A stretch of DNA of 64,000 nucleotides from Trichosphaerium sp. ATCC 40318. Its lineage: Eukaryota > Protista > Tubulinea. Each line of letters opens with the position of its first letter. Position 1 is the first letter of the stretch. Below are positions 1 to 11,802 of this stretch, in pieces. The stretch lies in assembly GCA_038496445.1 (NCBI GenBank), contig JALMLS010000344.1, positions 372,001 through 436,000 on the forward strand, written 5' to 3'. The translations under genes and the position numbers were made by a program. The notes beneath the pieces were generated by a model. The model searched no databases and had not been told where the DNA came from. It saw only the letters and a list, made by a program, of their open reading frames with translations.

Positions 1-2491
1 ACATTAATGAGTGTCTCTAGCTCAGTTGGAATTTTAACACGGGCAAGCCTGACGCGTATCCCAAAAGTGACACTGATGGCCATGGTATGTGATGTTGTTG
101 TTGGTTATTTTTTTTTAGTAAACTCGCAATTAATTTTTTTACAGGCACTCAATGCGCAGGTAGTGCAGCAGCTGTTGCTGATGGAACCACTTGTGGAGTT
201 GGTGTCGCATTTAGAGCTAGGTTAGCAGGATTGGCTATACTCCAACGGGAAGGGACGTCAACTGATGCAGAAGAAGCAAGTGCATTGAGTCATAAAACAA
301 ATGACATTGATATTTATTCTTGTAGTTGGGGTCCGGTTGACACAGGTATACTCGTCCCTCTGGTAACTCCATTACTAACTCATTATACTAGCAAAACAAC
401 TTAAGGGTCCAGGACCTCTAGCACTAGCAGCTTTGGAGAAATCTATTCAGAAAGGACGTAACGGGCTTGGAACTGTTTATGTATGGGCTAGGTACTATTT
501 CTTTTTTTGGATAAAAAATGTTTCTCATTGTTCTAATTTTTTTGCCACTAGTGGAAACGGAGGATTAGTGTATGCAAACAAGTGTTCTCACTTAATTTCA
601 TAGAGTTAACATATATTTGTAGCAATGATAGTTGCGCATTTGATGGGTATGCTTCAAGGCGGGATACAATTACAATTGGGGCTGTAGGCGAGAATGGAGG
701 CCTGTGTACATATAGTGAGGTAATGGACATAAATGATCATCTATATAGCGTTTTATTGATCTATTGTAGGCTTGTAGTTCTGTTTTTGCAGTTGTGCCTG
801 GTGGATGTTATTCGGGTAGTGGAATTACTACTACCTTAAAATCAAACCAAAACGAGTGTTCTACACAGTTTCGGGTTAGAATTATGGGTCGATTATTCAC
901 ATATTAACTTTGATTCTAGGGCACCTCTGCTGCAGCGGCTATAGGCGCTGGTGTTATAGCTTTATTGCTGGAAGCTAACCCTAACTTGGATTGGTTACAA
1001 GTGAGCACTTTTACTATTGTTGTTATACATACGCACATTGACTTGTACTAAGGTACAATACATCTTACAATTGTCTACAGAAGTCATTCAACAAGATGAC
1101 CCAAGTTGGGTCCAAAATAGGAATGGTAAGACATCTTTATGATATTTTTATGTTGTATTTTACAATAAGGCATTATTCATTGTATTTAGGTATCTACTAT
1201 TCCAATAAGTTTGGGTTTGGACTTCTTAACGCCGGTAAAATGGTATCTCTAGCTAAAACTTGGAATGAAACTATAGATGAATACACAAGTGTATACAAGA
1301 TAACTGCAATAAGGTCAGCTTTCTGGAAACTTTTTTTCAGTGCTTTTTTTTTTTTTTGGTGCTGAGTGATTAGTAGGTCATTCATAACTCATGGCACTTT
1401 GCGTTGTATGTCATCAACAATAAGTATTTCAGAGAAGAGAAAAATTCATCACGTGATTGTTAATGTTTACTTGAAGCACTTAACAAGAGGCAAAACAAAG
1501 ATAATCTTAAAAAGCCCTTGGGGCACAGGTAAAGCAACAGTTTTTCCTTCAAAGAAAGCAAAAAGTCGAATTACATTTCCAATTTTCCAATAGTCAATTA
1601 GAGTCTCAGAGTTTGACATCAATAGCCGAACCAATTTTCTCATTTTTACTTTTTGACCGTTGGGCTTGTATTTAACAAGTTTATAGAGTCTGTGTTATCG
1701 CCAGAACGAGTTTTGGATACAGCCAGCGACTATAAATATTGGAACTTTACTACGTTAGCTTTTTGGGGTGAAAACTCAGATGTACGTGTCACCATCTCTT
1801 TTCCTTGGCTTTGTAAACGTATATTAGCTGATGCAAGCTAGGGTTTATGGTCTCTAGTTGTTCATGATTATGCACATGATTTATTTGGCGAATTGACAAC
1901 TTGGGAATTACAAATATACGGCACTGGTACTAACTACCAATAACAACATCTTTGTTAACTTTTGCCTTTTCAGAACTGCAAGCTTTTACTTCGGGACCTA
2001 GTGCACCACAAAAAAATAAGCTTATCATCATACAAAAGCGAGATTTCACCTCAGAGAGGGGATGTGGGTTTAGAACAGAGGTTAGTTAGTCCAAGGTTGT
2101 GCGTTTGCGCTAAAACTGTTTTGTTTTAGGTGATAATAACTCGAAAGTTTCCAGTGGCTTTCTTAGTAGTTGGCGTAAGTGAAGTGTTTATGATAGTGGC
2201 TTAATTAACTTCTTGTCTTTCTTTTAGATTACTGTTGCACTTGTTCTTATTGTAGGGTTGTCAAAGTGGATTCATAATGAGCGCAGTGCAATAGGTCATA
2301 AACTAGGACAGGTGTTACGAGGAAACATCAGAATTAGAGGGTATAAGTTTAACTTCTTTTTTTTTTGGGTTTTTCTAAAGCCTAATCGCAAAAGTAGGTA
2401 CAGCGCTGCCAAAAATGATTATTCTGATTCTGATAATCCCAATGGTGATATTGAATTGCGAGATGATGTTATAGAATCAATAGAATCTTAG
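1..2491 (+). CDS. Kexin/furin-type proprotein convertase (S8B subtilase + P domain + TM + acidic tail); 5' part lies outside the window
   Basis: Spliced translation gives DGHGTQCAG (catalytic His), YSCSWGP, VYVWASGNGG (oxyanion Asn), GTSAAA (catalytic Ser, ~921), FGFGLLNA, a P domain (WNFTTLAFWGE...GLWSL), a TM segment near 2230 and an acidic tail ending at TAG 2491. Confidence 0.9.
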
Positions 2492-2797
2492 CAATATGAG
2501 TTGACAACGAAACAAAACCTGTACATAAAAAAAAGTAATTGAACTTCGCAGAAATTATTAAGACTTGCTTCTCTGCTTTACAGTATTCCTATTCCTTAAG
2601 TAAAACTCTCCATTGACTGAGCTTGCGTTTGGTTGTTGGAGGATGCTTCAAGTTCGTCAAGTTCAAAGAACGGAGGAAAGAGTTGCGAAATCAACTTGTT
2701 GCTCAAGTAAAAGCACCTACTCTGTAATGAGTTTGTATTGTGGCATTGTCAAATCGTTAAAACAAGTGTTTATTCTGTACATCTGTACACTATTTGT

Positions 2798-5700
2798 CTA
2801 ATTGGTTAAAGGGGTATAAGGTGGTTTATAATCATTGGCGTTACTCGATAGAGTTCTAAGTTGAGTAGGTTGTGGCAGGTCATCATTCTTTGGTTTACAA
2901 CATTTAAGTATGATGTGGAAGGTAGAAGTACAGAAGCCAAACAGACTGTTTACCATGGATGCAAAGTTAACTATAACAGCCAGGATAACTATACAAGCAA
3001 AAAATGCTGTCTTTGTTGTTATTTGTAAAGACTCTTCTTCAATAACAATTGTAGGAGCATGTTTAAATAAAACATCTATTCTAGATGAAAAAGCTTTATG
3101 TCTGTAGACTCTTTCATCAGAAACCTTTAAAGATTTACCACCAAGTACTCTCGCCTTTCCAATGTTCACACTTATGTAACCTTTGATTTAAGTCAATGAT
3201 CACAAGTCTCGAAAAAAACTCAACTTACCATCAACAACAGGTTTTCCTCGTTTACGCTGAGAGTTGCGTATGACTGAGGTTGTTGTCACTGCGAGTTCCA
3301 TATCCTGAGATGGTAGGAACGCCCCTTCTTCAGCGAGTATGTATCGAGTAGCAGACGTTGCTAATAACGTATGAGAAGGCATCGAATATCGAGTTAAAAA
3401 AATAACGGTTGTTTTTTTTTGGAAATAGTAATGATTGCACAGTACGGTGTTTGCCAATTGTTTCTAAGTCAAGTCGTATTGCTGAAAACAACGGAGAAGC
3501 AGTCTTTGCGTTTATATCGGAGAAGGCAAAACTATGGTTCTGCCCTTCTGTGAAGTTTGCACCCAACATAATTGATGCACTACAAAAAATGTCGTAAGGC
3601 AATTTTAAATTGACCATTGAATAAAACTGTACGTACGTAGCATCTCGGGTAGCTATACGATCGCTCGTAAACTCAAGATCATTATTTTTATACATCTGAA
3701 CAATAAAGCTACCAAATTGTAAAAAGTGCGTAAACTGTATCCAAGTGACATTAAGCCTTATTTCTGTATCACTATAACAAAAAGTAAGAAAAAAAGAAGA
3801 ATGTGATGTGAGGAATCAAAGCAAGAGAGTAACGAATACAGACTAATAATAACAATTTTTAACCCTGTAGAATGCCAATTAACTATGAATTTAACGTACT
3901 GTTGCTTTTGGATATGTACAGTAAACTCTTCACCGCTTGTATCCATAATAACTTCAGAAAACAAGCGTTTTGTTCTTACCGTATTTAAAGGACCAGTAAT
4001 AGGTGTATCAAACTCATAAGGTAGTATACTATAGCTTTCGAAACCATATATAATAGCGGCAATACCTATTATAAGAAATAAAATCATACCGATAGTAATA
4101 AGACCTCCGCGTGTTGTTCCCTTTTCACTTAATTTGGAATTTTCCAAAACAGGTGATTTATCCATATCCATGTACTTTATACCTTTAATCGCTTTAGAAC
4201 TATGTATTCGTGATACACAATAGCGTAATGTATATGTTATGATCATGATGATAATAAAAATACCAAAGAAGACAGCTGTTGTAATGAAGAATTCAATCTT
4301 CTTTAGGGTTATTACTAGTTCGATGAATACTTCATCTGGGGAAGGTTGATCAAGTTCTTCAAATGGATATTTCTTTGGCTCCACATTCAGAAGAAGATCT
4401 AAATCTACAGGTGATACAGCTCCTCCTGGACAGTACGTTCCATCGGGGCACTTATGGCATTGCGAGATATTTGCTGGGCAATCTGGAGATACTTCTTTGT
4501 CTTTGCAGTCAAAATAGTGATTCCTTGTGACGTTCATGTACCACCCAATTGGGCACAAAGCACACCCAAAATGGCTAGGTTCAAGACCTAGTGGACAATG
4601 TGATCTTGGTGGTACAATAATATCATGAAAGAGTGAGGCTCCATAAACACTAGAGTCCTTAAATAGAATAAGTCAATAATAAGATTTCTTTCGTTTATCT
4701 ATAAATTTGTGCTTTACCTGATCTAATCGCGCCACAAGTGCGCCTGGTATCAATTCTATTATTGGTGCAAAAAATGGAAGATCGAAAATAGTAGGTGATG
4801 TGCTTTTCTCAAGCCTGTTGGAGAATCCAAAAATGCGTGGTTTACCGTCTAATGGGTCTTTTAAAAGTGCATAAATGCAAGGACCTTGTGTGAACCTATT
4901 TGAAGAGTTTAAGTGTGAGATCTTCGATGTGCGAAACCGTTTAAGTTACCCATAAAAACTGCAATCTCCCTGAAAGATTGACAAAGGAGAGTGGGCGTCA
5001 AGTTTGCCTAGGTCAATAGTTCTCAGTTCAGGTGCATAAATGACATCTTCACCATCTGGAGATTCTGTTCGGATTGCTATCATCGTATTTTCTGTTCTAT
5101 TTTTTGGATGAAGTACTAAAGTGTTTGAGTTTGGCTTTTAATATTTCAAAAAAGCTTAAAGTATTTTTGATTCGTACATAACTTAACATCTTTTATAGAG
5201 TTTGAGCTCATCCCACATTGTTCAAAAGATATATTATTAGCATTCCATTGCACTCTACAAGGAATTTCTCGAATAGTCCCTATATAAGCTCGCATATTTG
5301 GTATACCAGCAACAGTAAAAGAAGTTTTGTCAAGAACTTTTATATCTGTTATTTTAGTAAAGATATCAAGTTCCTCTTTTTCGACTCTCCTTATTTCACT
5401 GGTTACTGAAGGATTCCCTTCACTATAAGTGAATTGTATGACTTGATCATTTGTTAATTGTGAAACAACATGACCTGGGACACCATCAATGTTCTCACCA
5501 AAGTTTGTTTCTGAAATTGAAACAGGGTTTGTTATCGTTGTCACGTGCGTGAGTATTATTGGCGCAGTATTTGTACCAGTCACATTGACGTTAAATACAT
5601 CAATACTCTTGGTTCCACTTGCTACTGCTTCTGAGCTCACAAGAAATAAGTCCTGTGAAACTGAAACTGCAATGATATGTGTTTTTAATTCGAACGAAAC

Positions 5701-6038
5701 CTCAACACAGGAGAATATTGCGGTCTTGCGCTGAAAGAATACAGTATGATACGTTGCGAATATCCACATACTATCATCTACGCTCTGAAATGTGCCTGGT
5801 ATTAAATCTAGGTTGGAAGTGAGCGAAAACGTTCTACATGTTTACCAGAGTAGCCGCAGCGCTAAATATACTGGCTGGCATCTGACGCATGAGAAAACAG
5901 CGAAATGACTTCGGAAACTATTTCTCACGTACACTCAGGGGAAGAGCATTGTTTACCATAGTCTACAGTGAATGAATGTACACAAAATGCCAACGTTAGG
6001 CTTATAACTATAATGTACGAGTATTTGATCATTGACAT
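2798..6038 (-). CDS. Large secretory-pathway membrane protein: signal peptide, ectodomain, Cys-rich repeat, 2 TM, lumenal domain, C-terminal TM
   Basis: ATG 6038 gives MSMIKYSYIIVISLTLAFCVHS (signal peptide). ORFs 5146-5769, 3758-4558 (CPIGWY...CPDGTYCPGG plus two hydrophobic helices), 3330-3695, 3200-3457 and 2798-3169 (TM) join through GT-AG introns. Confidence 0.7.
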
Positions 6039-6154
6039 GCTGTAACTTGTACTAACATAAACGTATGCGAAATCAGGCGTAAAACTGAACGTTTTTGGTA
6101 AGTTTTATTCTTCGTTCAAAACAGCTAGCGGTTAAAACCGGTAACCTCTTCTAC

Positions 6155-9100
6155 ATGGCCGACACGTCTCTACAGCCATCACAAAGAACAGCAGACGTTC
6201 TTTCTGACATTGTAAACAAATTGTCTCAAGAAAACAACCTACCAAAGCCTCCCAGCTTTGTAGATTATAAGGATACAATCGATGTTCTTGTTAAGCGTAA
6301 TTCGCTCGAAACATGTCGCGAAAACAACGTAGAGGTATTGCGATACTGTTTAAACGCGTAGACAGGGTAATTGATCACTTTTAAGGTACTCAAGGCAGTC
6401 AAGCTTACACAATCACCAAAGAGCTTTTGGAGTGTTCCTGGAACGCAGTCACCGCGGAAACGCTCTAGGCCAACACGTACGTAAACTGCCGTTAAAAAAT
6501 ATTATCAGAAGCGCCTAACGTGCCTTAGAGCCTGACACTGCTGATTTTGAATTCTCTCAACCAGCTGAACGACCTCCAAAGAAACGAAAAATGGCACCAC
6601 AACCGAAAAATATGACAACAGCGCCACGGAGGTCTCCAAGGAACCAATTGACTCGTACAAAATCGAACGTGTCTTTGGGAGATCTCTTAGAAGCCAACAT
6701 GCTTAACATTGGCGACAACGTGGCGTATCAAGGCCAAAACGGTTAGTAGCACGCTTTTGGAATTTTTCTTGTACTGAAACCGTAGCGCTCGTAGGAAGCA
6801 TATGCAAGGAAGCTTGGATTGAATACGGAAACAGTAAATTTCCTACTTTAGAGGCTTTTTGCGCTGCTGTCAAACATACCCTGAAACAAAATCCAAAAGA
6901 GGTTTTAAAAGAAGATTTATGGTCTAAAGTCGAGTTCAAGGATAAACCTTTAGAGACATACAAAACAAAGTTTGTACGAGACTTGCTACCTTCTGGAAAA
7001 TGGTCAAAGAAAAAAAGGTAAAAAAAAAACAAACGTGGAGTCACCTTATGAGTCCTTTAGGAAACCTGTTTATGTGATGCCTCAGTCATGCTCTTTGATG
7101 CCTTCTCAAGATGTTGGCGAACAAGCTTATATTGATGCGCTAAAGTACGATACAAGGCCAACAATAAGGCGTCGTTTGGGGTTTTTTCTTACTTTTTTTA
7201 AAGTAATGCATACTGGCAAGAAATTGATACTCCTGGATCTCAAGAGTCTCACAATGGGAGTAAAAAAGACAGCCTAGAGCTTAAAAAATCCAGTACTGCG
7301 AATTCCACTCCAGTAAAACTTCCAGAAGTTGAAGAAGTAGTACAAAACGAAAGCGACGAAGAAATAATTCACAAAGAAGAAAGCCTAGATTTAAAGATTG
7401 ATGCACGTGATATTACAAAGAAATCACGTCGCCTGACACAACTTATAGGAAGACCAAAAATCCAATCTATCAGCAGATTGGTTACATCCAAGAAATCCAG
7501 AGAGCGACAATTCTGTAGCTCAGACGCAGGTACCCCTTAAATCTTTAAAACGTTTTTTTGCTAATTTATCTTGAATAGCTTCTATCTGCTAGTAGCCGCC
7601 CTGAACCAAAGCGTTCATTGTCTGATATTGATAGATATATTTTGGATGAAGTAGATAGAATGAAAGGAGCTAATCACATGGAGGGCAGCGAAAACATGGA
7701 AGGAGGTGACCTCCTCGATGTAATTCGTAAGTACATTGTTTTTATGGGCAACTCTAACTTTGTGTAGTTAATGCAGCAGACAATATGTCATCGACGACGG
7801 ACGCGCCGTTGACAGAGGATCTTACTTCTAATGTTATTGATCTTGCTTCAGAGCCCAAAAACGCTCTAGACCTAAGACTGCAAACACCCACAAAAAAACT
7901 AAAGCAACTAAAGCTTACACCAAAAAAACCCGATGCAGGCAAATGGTATCCAAGGCGTGGCGAACCAGATACTGACCCTGGTATGAAACAATGTTCCATT
8001 GACGCGTACATATTCTCGCAACCACCTGTCGCCAGTAAATCAGATATTGAGCTTGAAGAAGAATCACAAGTGGTACAGGAAGTAGTAGAGGAAGAAGAGT
8101 TTAGTCCAATTCCAGCATCACAGAAACGTTTACCGCGACCATCATTACCTCCTGTGCTAGACTCCCAGAAACGATTAAAAAAGCTCAAAGAAACTGTTGA
8201 AGAAGAATCAAGTACACCTGCTAGTCCTTCACAGAAGCGTTTATTAAAGAGGCGAAAATCATTTGTCAAACAAAAAACTGAAAAGTACTTAATATTATGA
8301 CTCGTCTATTCTCACCACCATTCTCCCTAGGAAAGCCACAACGCCTAAGAAGAAGAGGAAGAATACGCGTTCATCTGATAATACCCCAGTCATTGTATCT
8401 ACAGGCTTGAATGAGAAGCTTCAAGCACAACTGCTTGCAGTTGTAAGTAGGCTTGGAGGAAAAGTAGAGAAATCACTATCATCTTCACTAACACACGTTG
8501 TGGTTCTTGCCAATAAGGAAAAGTTGTCATGCCGAACGATCAAGTACGATAACTTTATATTATGAAAAAAGTAGGAACTAATGTCATTAACTTTAGGTAC
8601 CTTGCAGGCTTGTTAAATCATGCATATGTAGTAGATTACACTTGTACGTAATTACAATTCTTTTTTCCTATTATTGCTTTCTGTTTACTCATATATGATG
8701 TAGGGGTGCTTGAATCAGTTGCGGCAGGGCAGTGGTTACCTGAGGCAAAGTACATTACCAAGGGAGATCAGACAAAAGGTGTAACAAATGCTCCTAAACA
8801 AGTTATTGAAAGAAAAGTAGCTGGCACACCATCACTTTTTGATGGGTACAGTGCATACTTCTCTGGTACTTTTGGCGTCAAATCTCCTCCAAAGGATGCT
8901 TTAATAAACCTTCTAAAAATTGCGAAAGTCAAGGTACGCTGTAATACGTTGAAACTACATCCTAACATTTTTATTGAACAGATTTTGAAAAGAATGCCAA
9001 AGATGGCGACTGATCTCGAAGCTGCCTTGCATGAGAAACTTGTAATAATATGTCCACCGGAACCTCACACACCATCTTGTCGTACTGTATTTTTAAAGAC

Positions 9101-9301
9101 AGGAAGGTACGATTCTTTCTTTTAAAAATGTTTTCTTTTTTTCTCAAAACTTTCTTTTGTAGAATCCCTGTAAAAGCATCTTGGCTTCTTGACTGTATAT
9201 CAGCCATGACGCTATTGGATACTACACAATATCAGGCGCAAGTATTACTGGAAGAAGTACCTCAAGAGGATTATTTTGGAGAACAATCACTAGCGTATTA
9301 G
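6155..9301 (+). CDS. RAMA-domain + tandem BRCT (BRCA1/BARD1-type) nuclear protein
   Basis: RAMA-like block SLGDLLEANML...IEYGNSKFPTLEAF...WSKVEFKDKPLETYK (6670-6975). A long S/K/E/P-rich linker follows, then BRCT1 (IVSTGL...THVV...RTIKYLAG...WVLES) and BRCT2 (LFDGYSAYFSG...WLLDCIS). Stop at 9301. Confidence 0.8.
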
Positions 9302-9480
9302 TAACTTCAATAAAAGAACACAAAAAGTGTTTATGTAAATTACAATAAAAATGAATAGAGGCACGAAGCACGTTCTTCACGTAAGCGCTTTTTGAATAAA
9401 AACAAAAAATGGTCAAACAAAAGCCGTTCACTTAAATTTCAGAAGACATTAGCTATTATACAATTCTAGAGCATAAGATC

Positions 9481-11528
9481 ATGACTCGCTGCTATTACGA
9501 GGTTCTGGAAATACAGAGAGATGCCACAGCAGCGGAAATACGCTCGGCATACAAAAAACAAGCAAGAATATGGCATCCTGGTGCGTATTGTACCTTACAT
9601 ACGCTATTTCTCATTGTTTTACAGATAAAAACTTGGATAAACAAGAAGAAGCCGAAGAGCGTTTTAAAGAGGTAGGTTAATTATCATACGCGTTGTTGAC
9701 GAGAATGGCGTAGGTTAAAAGCGCATTTGAAATTCTTTCAGATCCAGAATCGCGAGCTTGGTTTGATAAATACCGCGATGAAATACTTGCTGTACGCGTA
9801 AGCATCGATTATTATAGCTGAAAACAATTTTAGGAAGCAGTTGGCGATGATTATAACCCAGCTGAAGTTGTACATGCTTATTTCAATACGGCATGCTTCA
9901 AAGGGTTTGGTACAGGTATTAAAACATAAAAAGAAAAATCAGATAATTTCTTTGTTTATTCTGCCATTTATTGGGTTCCTTTCTTCTTTTTTAGTTGATC
10001 TACAGCGTTGTTGACACTTGTCCTATAGATGCAAAGTCATTTTATAAAGTATACACAGAAGCGTTCAACACAATTGCTGAACAAGAAGAAAGATCATTCC
10101 CAGCGTTTGGTGATGCTGATACAACATTTCAAGATGTTGCCAAATTTTATCAATACTGGCGTGCCTTTACTACAAGTCAAGGGTTTGATTGGTACGTTGT
10201 ACAATGTAGTAGCGTGTAAGTATGATTTTCTAAAAATTCATAAAGGGCGAATAAATGGAAGGTGCGTGACGCTCCTAATGCGTATGTACGACGCATAATG
10301 AACAAGGAAAATGAGAAGAGCAGAAAGACAGCTAAATCTGGTTACAACAAGATTGTTAGGGTATGTTATGTGACTGATTTTTATTCGGACTTGTATGGTC
10401 ATTTTTTCTCTTTTTTTTCGAATTAGTTCTTAAGCAATTATGTAGGGGCTTGCTGAGTTTGTAAATGGGTTAGATCCACGTGTAAAATTAAGAGAGAAAG
10501 CAATACAAGAAAGAAAATTAAAGGAAAAGGTAAGAAAAACACGTGATTTTGTTAGATGTTGGATGATGTTGGATTACTAATGTTATCAATTTTCGCCAGG
10601 AAAAAGATATGAGAGTGGCTGCACTTAAGGATCAAATCATGAAAGAGCAGCATGCTGAGACTGATGCAACTAACGAAACTATTGAAATGGGTGATATGTT
10701 AAACGCACTGGGTGTCACAGAGGATGTATGCCTAGCTTGTAACTAATTGGAGACTGACACGGTTCAGGAATATAATCAAATGGTTAAGGAAACAGAAGAG
10801 AAAGTAGAGGATATCTACAGATGTGATGTTTGCTCCAAGCAATTCAAGTCTGAAAACCAGTACGTGTATCTAAGATTAGTATTTTTGCTAAAATTTATTG
10901 CCATCATTGACTTGCTCTAACATTCCTACTTTAAAGAATGAAACAACACTTACAAACAAAAAAGCACAAGCAAAAATTGAAACAATTGAGAAAAGAACTA
11001 ATGCTGGACGATGAGTGTATTGACACTGCCGCCGAAATGGATAAGCCTGAACCTGTAGTTGAACCTCCACAAGAAACACAAACCACTGAAGACGCTACTG
11101 AACCTACAACAACAGAGGAAGGCAAAGATGGTGAACAGGAAGCTACAGAGGAGGTAGCTCAAGAACCACCTAAAGAACTCACACCAGAGGAAAAAGAAGC
11201 TTTAGAGATGGAACGCATTCAGGCACGTGTTCTACTTGTTAAAGTCATAAATCACTAACTTGAACTTGCAGGCAGAACTAGCAGCACTAAATAGTACATC
11301 TAAGCGTAAAAAGAAGAAACAAAAGAAGGCGCCAATGTCAACAATGTATGAGCCACCTGAGGACGACGAAGATATATTGTTGATGGACCTGCACGCTCGT
11401 AAACCTCCCCCAGCGGCACGAAAGCAAGCGCCGAAGAAAAAGAAAAGGTACATATACACCCTTTACTCCAGTGTAGGTAAAAAAGCGCTAACTGGAAGTA
11501 TAGGCGGCGAAGACGCAAAAAGGACTGA
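9481..11528 (+). CDS. DNAJC21: DnaJ homolog subfamily C member 21 / Jjj1-like (J domain, zuotin-homology region, C2H2 zinc finger)
   Basis: MTRCYYEVLEI...WHP/DKN (HPD across an intron), FPAFGDAD...FYQYWRAFTT, RRIMNKENEK, DPRVK, CDVCSKQFKSENQ...HLQTKKH and a K-rich C-terminus. Confidence 0.85.
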
Positions 11529-11802
11529 ACAGAGATCGTCCTGTAGATTGTCAAGAACAACAAGCGTTAAAACACGCACACGCCAACGGCTCGGCGTCTT
11601 GTAACTGTTTTCAAAAGATGGCAGTTGATTCATTCTTTAAAGCACTGCCAACTACTGCTACAGGTTCACCAGTGTTTTATACTGTAAGATATTGTACAAA
11701 TAACCTCAAAGCTTGTATGAATGAGCCCATTAAAATCGACGTCAGCAAAATTCAAATAAAATTTGTTTCTCTGACACGTCTGCTCCGAGCTTTTATTTCA
11801 AG

